In this document: piece by piece, positions 37,714-50,462 of the stretch
How positions within the stretch are numbered: the stretch's first letter is position 1
Layout of the letters: the number at the start of each line of letters is the position of its first letter
Origin: Felis catus
Lineage: Eukaryota
Length of the DNA: 64,000 nt
NCBI RefSeq assembly: GCF_018350175.1
Contig: NC_058368.1
Span: 189,288,001-189,352,000 of the forward strand
Direction: 5' to 3'
Program-made: the position numbers and the translations under genes
Notes under the pieces: model-generated
Told to the model about the DNA's origin: nothing
What the model saw: the letters and a program-made list of their open reading frames with translations, nothing else
Databases searched by the model: none

Positions 37714-38584
37714 TTTTAATTCACTAAAAAAGTATCTTCCCAAAGCTCAGTGTTAAACCTAAAAAATCTGAATCAGGGCACATGCCAGGGTCCTCTGTCT
37801 CTTGAACCCAGAAGAGCCATTCCCTTTACTACTGTAACGAGGGGCTAAAGTCCAGATTGGTGTATTTCAACCCTTGGAGTCACAAGGCCTCTCCTCCACA
37901 AGTGAGTCAGTCGAAGATACTCAGTCTACTCCAAAAGATTCAAGGCAGCTTACATTTTTTTTTTTTGAAAGGAGGAGGAGGGGCTCAGTACTGACTCTCA
38001 TAGAAGATCCCTAGGATCCTATGCAAATGACCTCTCTCCTCCTTCTCGCTTGCTTAGCCATAGTTTCTTTGGCCAGATACCTCGGTGTACACACTCTAAA
38101 TGTCCTCCACAGACATGAAAGCATTTTGCTAATGGCTTCTTTCAGTGTTTTCCTCTGAGACTCTATCCACACCTGGATGACTATTTTAACTGTCTGCTTG
38201 GCTGGGCAGCTTGGCCCAACAACCACCATGTGGGTGTGGGTGTTTTTCATTGAATAAACTGCTTTTACTGTTTTTACTGGCTTGACCAGTCAAGCAGATG
38301 AAAATAAGTTACATGTGCTTTTAAAAAATTAAACCATTTTTGGCACTTTGATCAGTGGTTTGATGAAATCTGATTTTTACTTGAGCTTGACACAAGTTAA
38401 AGCTTAAAATGTCTTTCACCTATGGCCTCCTCTCCTTTCTATGCATAACCCACTGGACTGGTCAACCCAGCACTGACTCTCAATTCATCAGTTTTCTCAT
38501 CTGTTATTTGACCATAAAATCCAATGATCCCCACTCACTGCTTGAGATAAAGGCCTTTGAATATAATGGAATCCCCAGGGGTCC

Positions 38585-38755
38585 TTATCCTTGCTTTGCC
38601 CCTCACTAGCTACATGATCATGGGCAAATTACTTCACCTTCTTTGTGCTTTAGCCCTCAACTGCAAAATGGTAGCATTAATAGAACTTGCTTGATAGGGC
38701 TGTTATGAGGAACAAATTAGATAATGCATGAAATATCACAGTCAACAATAAACGG
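38585..38755 (+). mobile_element. MIR SINE
   Basis: ctcactagctacatgatcatgggcaaattacttcacctt...ctgcaaaatgg...agggctgttatgagga. Confidence 0.75.
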
Positions 38756-39169
38756 TTGTAACAGCTAACATTTATAGAGCATTTTCTATGAATCAAGCCC
38801 TAGGTTAAGAGCCTCTTAGATGATCACATTTAACAGCATCTATTATTATTATTTGTCCAAGTTATTTAGGTGTCACAAATATTAGGTCATTGCTCAGTGA
38901 TTAGGGCTTTTGTGGATATAAGATTACCAAGATAACATCCCACAATTAGTTTATATTCTAAAGGAAAGACTAAGATAAAGACACACACAAGAAAACACCT
39001 GGTGAGTCCATGAGAGGTCTGCAAAGTGTTACGAGGACATAAAACCAGGAGAGATTACTTTTCAAGGGGCATGGGTGCTGTCAGGAGGCCTTTTCGAAGG
39101 AGGTGATGTTTAAATGATGGGTTTGTTTAAACGGGCAACAGTAAAAACAAGAATAAGAAATCAGCAGTA

Positions 39170-39425
39170 ATAATAGCAGCTAACACTTGTGGAGTGCCTT
39201 TTGCATTCCAGATGCTGTGAGAAGCAGGTGACTCACATTATTTCATTTAATCAACCCCATGCATTAGGCATTATTAATCTCATGAATTCACCCCTTGAAT
39301 TAGGTATTATTATCCCTCATAATATTCTCAAGACTGAGAGAAATAAAATAACTTTCCCAAGAACACATATCCTGTAAGGTCAAGTCAGAATTTGAATCCA
39401 GAGCCTGTGTTCCTAACCACCATGA
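39170..39425 (-). mobile_element. MIR SINE
   Basis: aatagcagctaacacttgtggagtgc...aactttcccaagaacaca...gaatttgaatccagagcctgtgttcctaaccac. Confidence 0.7.
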
Positions 39426-41374
39426 AAATACTACTTCCAGGTACTTGGGAAGGAAGTGGCAGTACCACTGGCAGGACAAGTTCATACAAAAGAGGGGCTG
39501 CAGCTGTGCTCGAGGACACTGGGTAGTTATGTTTGGCTGCAGGAGGGGATGAGGAAAAAGCAGGATAGGATAGAAGGATGAGCTTTTCAGCTGAAGTCCG
39601 CCACACAGAGAGATGGCCTTCAGGAAAGCTGCAAGCAGAAGAAGACACAGTCAGAGATGTACTTGAAGAAGATTATTTTGGGAAAAGGCTTCACTAAGGC
39701 TGAACTGACAAGACTTGGTGACTGGCTGGGTTCAGAGAGATGAGGTAGGAGTTGATGATTCCCAAATTTTCATCAAGACGTAATGTGGGGTAAAGCACAT
39801 TGATAATTAATGTGTCCATCACATCTAAAATTTTCCTTTTCTCTCAGGGTCTTCTCAAGTTACATGAAAGTGCTGGGGTCACTATCCTTTTCTCTCACTA
39901 AAGAAGGTTAAAATTCCTCCAGAGAGTCTCCCTGTGGAACTGGGAAACTGGGGAAACTGTCCTTTCTGGAAATTCTTTGTCCATGCAGCTTCCTTAGCCA
40001 GGAGCATAGCACACATTATGGTGACTGTATTATCCATGGCTTTTGCATCTTTACCAGGAATGGGGATAGGCGTAAAATAGAAATCCACGGCACAGGGGGC
40101 CATGAGTTTGAAAGCTGTCTTGTCACTTCCAATTTACATCACTTTCGGCCAAGTCACTGATTTCTGCATCAAATTATCTCACTTAATCCTCTTAACCAAT
40201 CTATGAGGCCAGCATGGTTAATCCCGTTTTACAGAATAGTAAACTGAGGTTCAGAAATATTAAGTAATTTGCCAGTGGTGGGGCAAAAGTTTGGGGTTAT
40301 CAGTTTAGTGAAGTCTCAAAAAAAAAAAAGCATTCATTTCTTTGTAGTAATGAGAGTCTCTATTTTAAGTTTTCTAAAGTATTATGTGTATCCTCTCAGG
40401 TAACCTTCCAGTTCTTCCTAACCTTTTAACATAGAACTTTCCAGAACAATTTTCCCAAACATTTTAGGTTTGCTGAAAGAGGCTCTTGCATAATCCCAAC
40501 CCCTGGCCAAACTCTTAATGATGTTATTTTACACCATATGCATTGAGGTTGGCCTGACTCAGCCATTTTTCTCACTTTTGATTTTTTTCCCTCCCCCTGC
40601 CCCCTTCTTTTCAAGTCAATATTCATTTTAAATGCAAGAAGTCAGCCTCCTTTTTAGCTGACAAGGCTTGTTGTTCACACGCTTTTTGGCGGCGTAACTG
40701 ACAAGTGTCCACTTACGTGTGGGGCTGACTGTAAACAAGTATTCTGCGATATTCAAGGGAAAAAAGGCAGGGGAAACCAGCAATTTGCTGAGCAAAGGAT
40801 GTGGTGATCTTTAGAGCCAAAGTGATCCCCAAATGCTTTCCTAAAAGTCCTCTTGATTAAGAAACTGAAATTTGCAGCCTCCAGGCATCCCCACTTCAGC
40901 CCTTTGTGTCCTCTTTCTTGGTTGTTTCCTGCAGTGAAAAGAATCTGCACACCCAGGACAGTGAAAGCCCCTGTTTCAGATACAATGCTTCATCCAGCCT
41001 GGGTTCTACGGCTCCTTTTCCCTCCTGGTTCATTCGTTAACTCTCTCTTTCTGGGAAAAAAATGCGTGCTCAGTGGTATTTTGATTTTGGTTGCACATCT
41101 GAATCACCAGGGAGCTTTAAAAAATGCCAGTATATTGGCCCCACTCAAGACTAGTTAAATTAGTGTCTGTGGAGGGAGGTCCAGGGCACTCATTCTCTGG
41201 GCAGTGTGCAAGTTGGGAACTTTGTAAAATATCCTTCAGTTTGGACTTGTCTGATGTTTTTCTCATAGTTGGACTGCTGCTATGGGTTTGAACAGGAAGA
41301 CCGCAGAGCCAAAGTACCCTTCTCATGACAGGGTAGTGCTGTTCCCTTCACAACTTTGGTCTCTGCTCTGGTAG

Positions 41375-41600
41375 AAAAACTATGCTGTAATGATATTCTG
41401 GAGTCAGATGGCCTGACCTCATACCCTGGCCCCACTACCTACATACACATGACCTCAGGCAAATCCATTTTTCTCTAGAAGTTTTAGATGCTTTAGCTCT
41501 AGACCAGAGTAACAATCTTTATGCATTTGTAGCATTTAGAATAGTGCCTGGCACATGCTAAGTTAAACAAATGATGATCATCATTCTTATTTATTATTAT
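41375..41600 (+). mobile_element. MIR SINE
   Basis: tctggagtcagatggcctg...gcatttagaatagtgcctggcacat. Confidence 0.65.
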
Positions 41601-42860
41601 TAATCTTTTTTGGGCAAAGTTCTCCCATATCTCCTCAAATATGAAATATAGGAGTTGAATTAGGTGATAGTTAAGGAGCCTTTAAGTTATAATCTTGGAT
41701 TGTGGATGAATCCAGAAGAGTTTGCAAATGAAGAGAAAATAGATCCATCAATGTATGCTGCTTTACAATTACCCATCCTAATTCTCTAACTACCCTTTAT
41801 AACTGAAAGTTGAATTAGCAATTCTGCCAATACTAATTAAGTTCTTCGGTATCTCAGAAGAAGCTGCTAAATATAGGAAAACACTAGACATAGAATTAGA
41901 AAATATGAGTCCAGTTAGGGATGGGAGTTTACATTACCAGTTGTAATGTTAAGTTGGAGTTATGTTTCAGTGGTAGAGATGGTTTTACCTTGACCCTGCC
42001 AGGCACCTTTGAATGGACCCCATTGGGGCCACCATGGTAGATAGAGGGCTGGGTGAGGGTATGACCTGGGATGATAGAGATAAGCAGAGTGTGGCAGAGC
42101 AGAGTAGGGAAAAGAATCGCCTTGAGGAGCACTTGGCAATCCCATTCTAGCAGGTAGAAATTGGCTAGCATAGCTCCAGGGTTCTTCATAACATGTGGCT
42201 AGCAGTTCAACTGCAGGATTAACCCCAGATTCCTCACCTGTAAAATGAGAATTATAATTCCTAGCTCCTGGAATTATTGAGCAACTTTAACGAGACCATA
42301 CATTTGGAAAAGCTTTGTAGATATGAAAAATGCTATTCAGGTGTATCATTATTTGTGAATGTCTAAGATGAAAAACAGTGAGCAGTAAATAGAGGTGGGT
42401 TTATCATATTTATACACAACATATATTCCTCCTATCTACAAAGGCCAATGATGTGGCCCAATGCAGAAGGGTGGCAGAAGTGAGCCTTGTTTTCTACCAT
42501 GTTTAGGAAGTTTCCCTCTTACAAATCTTGAGGTCACCTGGGTAAACCTTGAACCAACTCAATCAAACAGAAGATGTATAAGAGTCTAGATTCAGTGAGA
42601 TTGGGAACTAATGGCACACTTGCTTCTTTCAGATAAGAGCCTCTGTTAATTAACATTTTAAATTTTAATGTGTCAATAATTTAGGAGCCCAGTTTGCTTG
42701 GGTTGTGTTATTTTTCTTCCTCACATGAAGAATAATTTTGCAAGGGTAAAATCACTGAGCAGGGAAGTCCTGTAAAGTTCATTAGGAGGGTGAGTTGACG
42801 TTAATCTGTCTCAGGATGTCTGTTCTTTTGTTGCAAAGGCTGGTTTCTGATTTTTATTTT

Positions 42861-43046
42861 TATTTATTTTTGTTTTTTTTTAATGTTTATTCATTTTTGA
42901 GAGATAGAGCGTGAGCATGGGAGGGGCAGAGACAGAGGGAGACACAGAATCTGAAGCAGGCTCCAGGCTCTGAGCTGTCAGCACAGAGCCCCATGAACCT
43001 ACGAAGCTGAAGTTGGATGCTTAACGGACAGAGACCCAGGTGCCCC
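42861..43046 (-). mobile_element. SINEC_Fc-type SINE with internal deletion across the B-box region
   Basis: Reverse head ...cccaggtgcccc; TSD tgatttttatttt (42848-42860 / 43047-43059). Confidence 0.93.
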
Positions 43047-43271
43047 TGATTTTTATTTTAATACTAGTCCTATAACATTCAGGGTGGTGAATATAATCCC
43101 AAAATTTGAGACACTTGGCTTGAAATTGGGACTATCTCTGAAAATAGGAGTAAAATATAAATAATACAAAATTCAAATAGTGCCCAGGTTAGTGCATTTA
43201 GATTGTGCCTAAAATGAACCAATGTAGTCACATGGAAGGTGAACATGTCAATAAGCTCCTTGTTTCATCTA

Positions 43272-43500
43272 GGGAAGAGATTTGCTAATGACAGCCCATG
43301 AGCCAAATCCAGCCTCTGCCTGTCTGTAAATAAAAGTTTTATTGGAACAGATTCATGCCCATTTGTTTGCTTGTTATCTAGGGGTGCTTTTGCATTATAA
43401 CAGCAAAGTTGAGTAATTGTAACACAGACAGCATGACTCTCAAACCCTAAAATATTTACTTTCTGACCCTTTACGAATAAGTTTATCAACACAAACCCTG
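43272..43500 (-). mobile_element. MER58A-like hAT MITE
   Basis: cagcccatgagccaaatccagcc...gtaaataaaagttttattggaacag...aaaatatttactttctgaccctttac. Confidence 0.8.
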
Positions 43501-43654
43501 AGGTACTTTCAGGTGTTTTAAATCAAACAGTTTTATTTTTTAATAGTTATGTAACATTTATTTTAATATCTATTAAAACTGCCAAATATGTATTTTTGCA
43601 TATGATGTTGTTGAGGACAAATAAAGAATATATATCAAGAAAATGTTAAGTTAT

Positions 43655-43864
43655 GGGGCGCCTGGGTGGCGCAGTCGGTTAAGCGTCCGACTTCAGCCAG
43701 GTCACGATCTCATGGTCTGTGAGTTCGAGCCCCGCGTCAGGCTCTGGGCTGATGGCTCGGAGCCTGGAGCCTGTTTCCGATTCTGTGTCCCCCCCTCTCT
43801 CTGACCCTCCCCCGTTCATGCTCTGTCTCTCTCTGTCCCAAAAAAAAAAAAAGTTGAAAAAAAA
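43655..43864 (+). mobile_element. Very young SINEC_Fc SINE
   Basis: CpG-intact ggggcgcctgggtggcgcagtcggttaagcgtccgacttcagccaggtcacgatctc; perfect 17-bp TSD aagaaaatgttaagtta (43637-43653 / 43865-43881). Confidence 0.98.
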
Positions 43865-44571
43865 AAGAAAATGTTAAGTTAATTTAAGGAAAAATACAAA
43901 ATAATACTGTAAGAAAATATGATGGCTATAAGCAAAACTCTGATATTTGAGAAACAGACACATTGGGCATCTAAAAACTTTTTTGGTTTTTGTATTAAAA
44001 GTAGACCAAGAAAACTTGGTCTAAGAGAAGTTTTTAACAAGTATATTTTTAACATGTTATTTATTTTAGTCTTAAAATAATTTTGGGCAGGAATTAAACA
44101 GGTAACAATAATGACTTTCCAATTAGACATTATGAAGATGAGACATAGAAGAACTTTTCATTTGCAATCACACATTCATAAGCAAATCTGTTTTGGGAAG
44201 AGGGAACAGAGTTTTGTGGCAGGGGGGAAGCTTAATTCTAATCTTTGCTCATCAAAAAATAGTCTTGACTAACTAGAAAGATATGTAAGATCTGATGTCG
44301 GAAAGTCCTTCAGATTTGCCATGTGACCATGGACACAAGACTCAAACTGATCTGGCCAGGCCAGCTACGAATAAATATAAAGGCTTAAATCAAAACCAAA
44401 ATGAGATCTCACTTCACACCTGTCAGAATGGCTAAAATAAAAAATGTAAGAAATAACAAGTGTTGGCAAGGATGTGGAGGGAAAGGAATCCTCACGCACT
44501 GGTGGTGAAAATGCAAATCATGCTGCCATTGTGGAAAATGGTATGAAAGTTCATCAAAAATTAAAAATAGA

Positions 44572-44767
44572 GGGGCTCCTGGGTAGCTCAGTTTGTTAAG
44601 TGTCCTACTTCAGCTCAGGTCATGATCTCATGGTCCATGAGTTCAAGCCCCGCCTCGGGTTCTGTGCTGACAGCTCAGATTCTGTGTCTCCCTCTTTCTC
44701 TGCTCCCCCCAACTCATGCTCTGTCTCTGTCTCTCAAAAATGAATAATTTTTTTTTAAAAAATGTTT
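44572..44767 (+). mobile_element. SINEC_Fc-type SINE nested in L1
   Basis: TSD aattaaaaataga (44559-71) / aattaaaaacaga (44768-80); short internal deletion at cagctcaga|ttctgtg. Confidence 0.93.
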
Positions 44768-44887
44768 AATTAAAAACAGAATTACCATATTATCCAGTAA
44801 TTCCATTACTGAGTATTTACCAAAAGAATACAAAAACATTAATTAGAGAAGATATATGTACCCTTATGTTTATCGCAGCTTTATTTA

Positions 44888-45373
44888 TTTATTTATTTAT
44901 TTATTTATTATTTTTTTTCAATATATGAAATTTATTGTCAAATTGGTTTCCATACAACACCCAGTGCTCATCCCAAAAGGTGCCCTCCTCAATACCCATC
45001 ACCCACCCTCCCCTCCCTCCCACCCGCCATCAACCCTCAGTTTGTTCTCAGTTTTTAACAGTCTCTTATGCTTTGGCTCTCTCCCACTCTAACCTCTTTT
45101 TTTTTTTTTTTCCTTCCCCTCCCCCATGGGTTTCTGTTAAGTTTCTCAGGATCCACATAAGAGTGAAACCATATGGTATCTGTCTTTCTCTGTATGGCTT
45201 ATTTCACTTAGCATCACACTCTCCAGTTCCATCCACATTGCTACAAAAGGCCATATTTCATTCTTTCTCATTGCCACATAGTATTCCATTGTGTATATAA
45301 ACCACAATTTCTTTATCCATTCATCAGTTGAGGGACATTTAGGCTCTCTCCACAATTTGGCTATTGTTGAGAG
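44888..45373 (-). mobile_element. Young felid L1 3' fragment inserted antisense into older L1
   Basis: Reverse L1_Fc 3'UTR plus ORF2 C-terminus (ORF 45146..45418: ...PKCPSTDEWIKK...SEISHTEKDRYHMVSLLCGS); 17-bp TSD tatcgcagctttattta (44871-87) / tattgcagctttattta (45374-90). Confidence 0.95.
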
Positions 45374-46369
45374 TATTGCAGCTTTATTTATAATAGCCAA
45401 GATACAGAAGCAACCCAAGTGTCCATCAATACATCAATGGATAAAAAAGATGTGTTATAGACACACAATGGAATATTACTCAGACACAAAAAAGAATGAA
45501 ATCTTGCTATTTGCAACAGCACAGATGGTTCTAGAGAATATAATGAATGCTAAACGAAATAAGCCCATCAGAGAAAGACAAATACCGTTTGATTTCACCC
45601 AAATGTGGAATTTATAAAACAAAACAAACAAAAAACATAGTCTTAAATGCAGAGAGCAAACTGGTAGTTGTCAGAGGGGATGTGGGTGGAAGGCATGAGT
45701 GAAATAGGTGAAGGGGATTAAGAGTACACTTATGGTGATGAGCACTGAGTAATGTATAGAACTCTTAAATCACTATATTGTGCAACTGAAATTAATATAA
45801 CACTGTATGTTAATTATACTGAAATAAAAAAAATAATAAATGTTTAAAAAATACAAAGGCTTAAAAAAAAATATATAGCCCCTATAGTGTACCACCTTGA
45901 ATTTACTCTAGACAATTAGGTTCTCTAAGTGTATACACTGGAAAATTTATAGGCTCAGATTTTTTTTTTTTAGTAGTTTGGTGACCAAATAGCCTTAAGA
46001 AAGGAAACTGATTTGAACAGATGTGAACCTGCTGAAATTTACAGCAGGATTTTTCAAGATCTACATGGAGACGGAGGAAGTAACTTTGCCCAACCTACCA
46101 GACCACAGAACTCTTTTCCTATGGGGCATTTTGGGAAACGTCACTTTTAAGGGTCTAAAGGAGAGTGGACATAATCAGATGGACATCGATATGATTTAGA
46201 GTCTAGAATTTATTTCACTTTGATATTTTTGGGGAATTCCTTCTCTTTGGGGTATATCATCAACTTAATAGAGACAATTTTCATGATAGTAGATGGTACA
46301 ATGTAAAAACATGAAAGAACTTGTGTGCAAAGAATACTTTGGAACATTGAAAAACAGTCTGTGCTAAAA

Positions 46370-46830
46370 CTTTCAGGAGGCTGACTGAAAATAAGTGTCA
46401 AAATTCTTTAAAATATGCATGTCTTTTAGTAAGAAATTCTATTTTTACAAATTTACCCTTTACAAAAATCAAAGATATGTGCATATAATTTATAGTAGAA
46501 TGATTTATAATACTGAAAAATTAGAAACAATTTAAATGTTCAGTAATAGAAGATTGTTGGGAGGGTTTAAATATATTGGAATATTAAGCAATCATATTAC
46601 AAAGGAGTACTTATTGACATAGGAAATTGTTCATGATATATATCTAAGAGGAAAAATACTATTATTCACAGTATCCTACTTTCATCTTTTATAAAATTGT
46701 ATAAGTGAATATACATGAAGAACAGTCAAAAGACTTCCAGGAAGTATAAATAGTGGGATTATTTTTGCTGATGGAATTATGAAGAAAGCTTTCCTTCTTT
46801 GCACTGAAATATTTGTCAACTTCCCTGCAC
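46370..46830 (+). mobile_element. Very old L1 (L1ME-like) 3' fragment
   Basis: gaaaaattagaaacaatttaaatgttcagtaatagaagatt...ttattgacataggaaattgttcatgatata. Confidence 0.6.
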
Positions 46831-47604
46831 TGAGCTTATATAGGGAAAACAAAGTTGAAATTATAGTAGAAAATCCTACAGAAAAGATAGATTTCTCTTT
46901 ATATCACTTTTTTTCCAAAAGCACTTATGACATGACATTCTGCAAATACACTAAACTATGTATTGCTAGAATCAGATAGGATTGTCTTGCAGGTTCAAGT
47001 ATGGCAGAGGATAATACCAGAACCCTGGAGGCTTCATGACTAAAAAGAGCTCTTCTTGTTTCGTTCTGTTCAGAAACATGTCAACATGAGGAATAGCTAT
47101 GCCGGCATCTCAAGAAATGACCTGTGGTTTATGATCCAGGTAAACAATTTCCCTGCAGCACATTAAAGCCCTGACTCAGCTTGCCCTATGTATCTGTTCC
47201 ACTTATATCTAGTTCAGATCTCCATGGTCTTGTCACTTCCTTCCCTGTCTCTATTCCTCCCAATGCAATATTTCTAATGCTAGAAATAAAGTATGGAGTT
47301 GATGGAGAAGGGATTTCCTTAAGCTGGAGAATGTTCCAGCCAGGACCAAGCTTTGCATCACAGTTGCTTCTACATAAGGTAGTTAGATCTTTCTTCACCT
47401 TTTTGGGCAGAAGTAAAACCATCATACACTAATCTCTGTCTGCTGAATATTTTAAAATTCTCCCAATGTCATACCTTGTTTAAATTTGTGTCTCACCACA
47501 CACCACTGCCCTCGTGTACTCTGCCATGAACTCACTATGTGAATTCAACTTGGAAGTCTCCCCAGTCTGGACCTCAATTCCTTTCCCAATTTAATAAAGT
47601 GACC

Positions 47605-48620
47605 AAACTTACTCAACAAACATGTATTGAGTTTTCTACACTGGGGTAAAAGGAGCATAAGACAGGGATAGCCCTTGTCTTAATGGAGCCTACAATTTAG
47701 TAGCATGGGCACATATATGTCCTTTATACATATGTGGGTTTTTTTTTCTAGTAAATCCAAAGGGGTGTGTAAATTATTACAGAGGAGAAAGTATAAAGAT
47801 TCTACTGGATCTACAGGAGAGGCATCTAAGCCAGATTCACAAAGTCAAGGACAATTTCCTAGACCTAGTGACATCTAAGAAATGACATCCAGAAGACATC
47901 TTGAAATATGAGTAAGAGAAAGTAGAATAGAAGGAAGCAAGAGCCCACCAAAATTCCAGAAACTAAAGGATGAGTGACTAATTCAAGAGATTAAGGGAAA
48001 TTCATATGGCCAAAATAGATGGTGCAAGAAGGAAATAGAGTAAGTCATATTCAAGAATTTAGGTTAGGTCTGTCCAAGATATACAATGTGAATCACACAT
48101 GTAATTTTAACTCTTCTAGTAGCCACATCTTAAAAAGTAAAAAAGAGCTGAAATTAAATTTAACAATATATTTTAGTTAACCCAACAGATCTAAAATGTT
48201 TTTCAACATGTCATTGATATAAAATTGTTAACATGATATATAACATCCTTTTTTCTACTAAATCTTTAAAATCTGATGTTTACATTTATAGTTCATCTCA
48301 ATTCAGACTCATCACATCTCAGCTACTCAACAGGCACGTGTGGCTAGTGGCTCCTGCATTAGACAGCACAGGTGTAGACCTTATCTTTAGGATAATGCAA
48401 AGTTACCAAAAGGCTACAATGGGGGATGGTGTATAAAGATCATCCAGGCTTCTCTGTGGATAACGGATTTGATGGGAAATGGTGGGAAGCAGGGAAACAA
48501 GAAATGAGGGTATTATAGAATCTACAGGAGACATAGGGTAATGGCAGGGAGAATAAATAGGTCTCAGTGGAGTCAAGAGATAGTTTGGAGGTAAACTTAA
48601 CCATTTTGGCATGCACGTTA
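47605..48620 (-). mobile_element. L2 fragment interrupted by MER33
   Basis: ttactcaacaaacatgtattgag...cttaatggagcctacaatttagtag...agggaaacaag...gagatagtttggaggtaaa. Confidence 0.55.
48063..48372. mobile_element. MER33-like hAT MITE
   Basis: catgtaattttaactcttctagtagccacat...cacgtgtggctagtggctcctgcattagacagcacag. Confidence 0.75.
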
Positions 48621-49380
48621 GCCTATGGAGCACTCAGATCTGAGAGTTACTTCACAGGGCATAAAGATGCATTCACTTTTTCCTCTCTGACCTCCTCAAG
48701 CTGGAAGCCACAGACCTGTGTGAAAAGTCACAAAGACCAACTGGGTTTCCTAGGACTCATGCAGGGAATGGTTTGGGTGCTGTTTTTACCCTTTCTTTTC
48801 TATCCAGAGTGAGATAGAAGGATGGTCCAGAAAGTCTTAGAGTAGTTATTGCCTTTTTCCCCCTGTTGCTGACATACCGAATCTAGAAAAGGGGGGTGGG
48901 TGGGAGGAGGGAACAGATGGAGAAAACTGCTTCTTAGGGGTGATTACAGTCAGAGAGGGGCTTGAAGAGACATCCCTGGGTCCCATATTTCTTTTGCCAC
49001 CAGTAACTTCCAAATCAAATGAGCCCAAGCTTCAGATCAAAATGAGATTTTTCTTATTGACTTCCCTGAAAGCTTAGCAGGCTCTCTGCAAATCGAGTCA
49101 TGTGTGTCCTGCATCATCATCAACCATTGCCGATTGCAGGGATGTTGGAACCGGGCTGATCTTGGCAAATATGTCACTGATGCATGAGGCCAGGGAAAAT
49201 CCAGCTCTTATTGGCCTGGCAGTGCTGACCTGGTTTGTCCATAAATGAAGAGCAAATGCAATTTGCAAAACACAAAGAACTGATAAGGGGTTACAGTGAG
49301 GTGGGGCTGGAGTCATATTTCTAAAAACAGGCATGCTTGAAGAGGAGACAAGGCAGATTTCAAGCTCCAGATTCGACAGG

Positions 49381-49570
49381 CAGTGTTTCTTAAAGTCTGC
49401 TCTGTATACCACCTTTCTCATAATCACCTGAGGAGTTTGTGAAGAATACTCATATCTGGGTCTAACCCTAGGCCCACCAAAAGAAGAGTGTCTGGGGGCA
49501 GGGCCTGAGGCACTCCATGTTTAACAAGCTCCTGGATGATTCTTAGGCATGTTAAAGTTTGAATTCCTTG
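49381..49570. mobile_element. MER5-type MITE
   Basis: cagtgtttcttaaagt...aatcacctgagg...tttaacaagctcctggatgattcttaggcatgttaaagtttga. Confidence 0.75.
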
Positions 49571-50239
49571 AGGAAAGAAAGTAGGACAAGGGTATTTCCA
49601 CTTGTGTTTTGGAAAAAGCACTGAACTTGAAATCAGTCTACCTGGTCCTCCATCCAGACTCTGCTGCCAACTGGCTGGATGACATCATGGTGAGGGGAAT
49701 GAAAACAGGATGTGAAATCAGAAGGGGGCACAGGCCTACCTCCTTCACATAAGAACTGTGTGATGATGGTTAGTAACTAAGCTAAACCTCACTGTCACCC
49801 CCAGAAATTGCAGACATGGGCTCAGGTGACCTTGAAAAATCAAGCTCTGACATTCTAGCTCTGACACTCTACATCTTTAAGTCACCTAATCCCAGTTCCT
49901 TCATCTGTAAAATGGGCAGGTTACCTTCCACTGGGGCTAGGCTATTTTGGGGATCCAGTGGATCACTTTATATATTTTGAAAAAAATTCAAAAAGTTGAC
50001 ACAAATATGAAGTGGTGGTATTAACCCATAACAGAATTATCTTTACTTAGGATATTATTTGTTTTAAGACTATTTCTATACTGATAAAGTCCCCTGAAAT
50101 CACAGTATTTTATTTTTTTAACAAAGCACAATACAAAGTACAAAAAAGGTAGTTTTGTTCATTTACTATAAATCACACTAGTATGAAATGAGCCAAATTA
50201 ACCTCTGCTGACTGTCTCTTTAACACTACCACTAGCCGT

Positions 50240-50462
50240 GGGGTACCTGAGTGGCTCAGTCAGGTAAATGTCTGACTTCAGCTCAGGTCATGATCTCACA
50301 GTCTGTGAGTTCGAGCCCTGCGTTGGGATCTCTGCTGACCACTCAGAGCCTGGAGCCTGCTTTGGATTCTGTGCCTCCCTCTCTCTCTCTGCCCCTTCCC
50401 CTCTCACACTCTGTCTCTCTGTCTCTCTCAAAAATAAATAAACATTAAAAAATGTTAAAAAA
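50240..50462 (+). mobile_element. SINEC_Fc-type SINE
   Basis: TSD aacactaccactagccgt (50222-39) / aatactaccactagcctt (50463-80). Confidence 0.95.

Larger units (their letters stand above)
44388..45840 (+). mobile_element. Carnivore L1 ORF2-end/3'UTR fragment hosting two nested insertions
   Basis: cacacctgtcagaatggctaaaat...aacaagtgttggcaaggatgtggag...caatggaatattactcag...gagtacacttatggtgatgagcactgagtaatgtatag...aattatactgaaataaaa. Confidence 0.9.

Noticed and set aside
41930..42190. GC-richer island possibly derived from an ancient RTE-type element
   Set aside because: Family resemblance is too weak to call without a profile-HMM search.
43655..43740. tRNA-like A/B boxes in SINE heads as tRNA genes
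   Set aside because: They are tRNA-derived SINE heads with CT-rich bodies, A-tails and TSDs.
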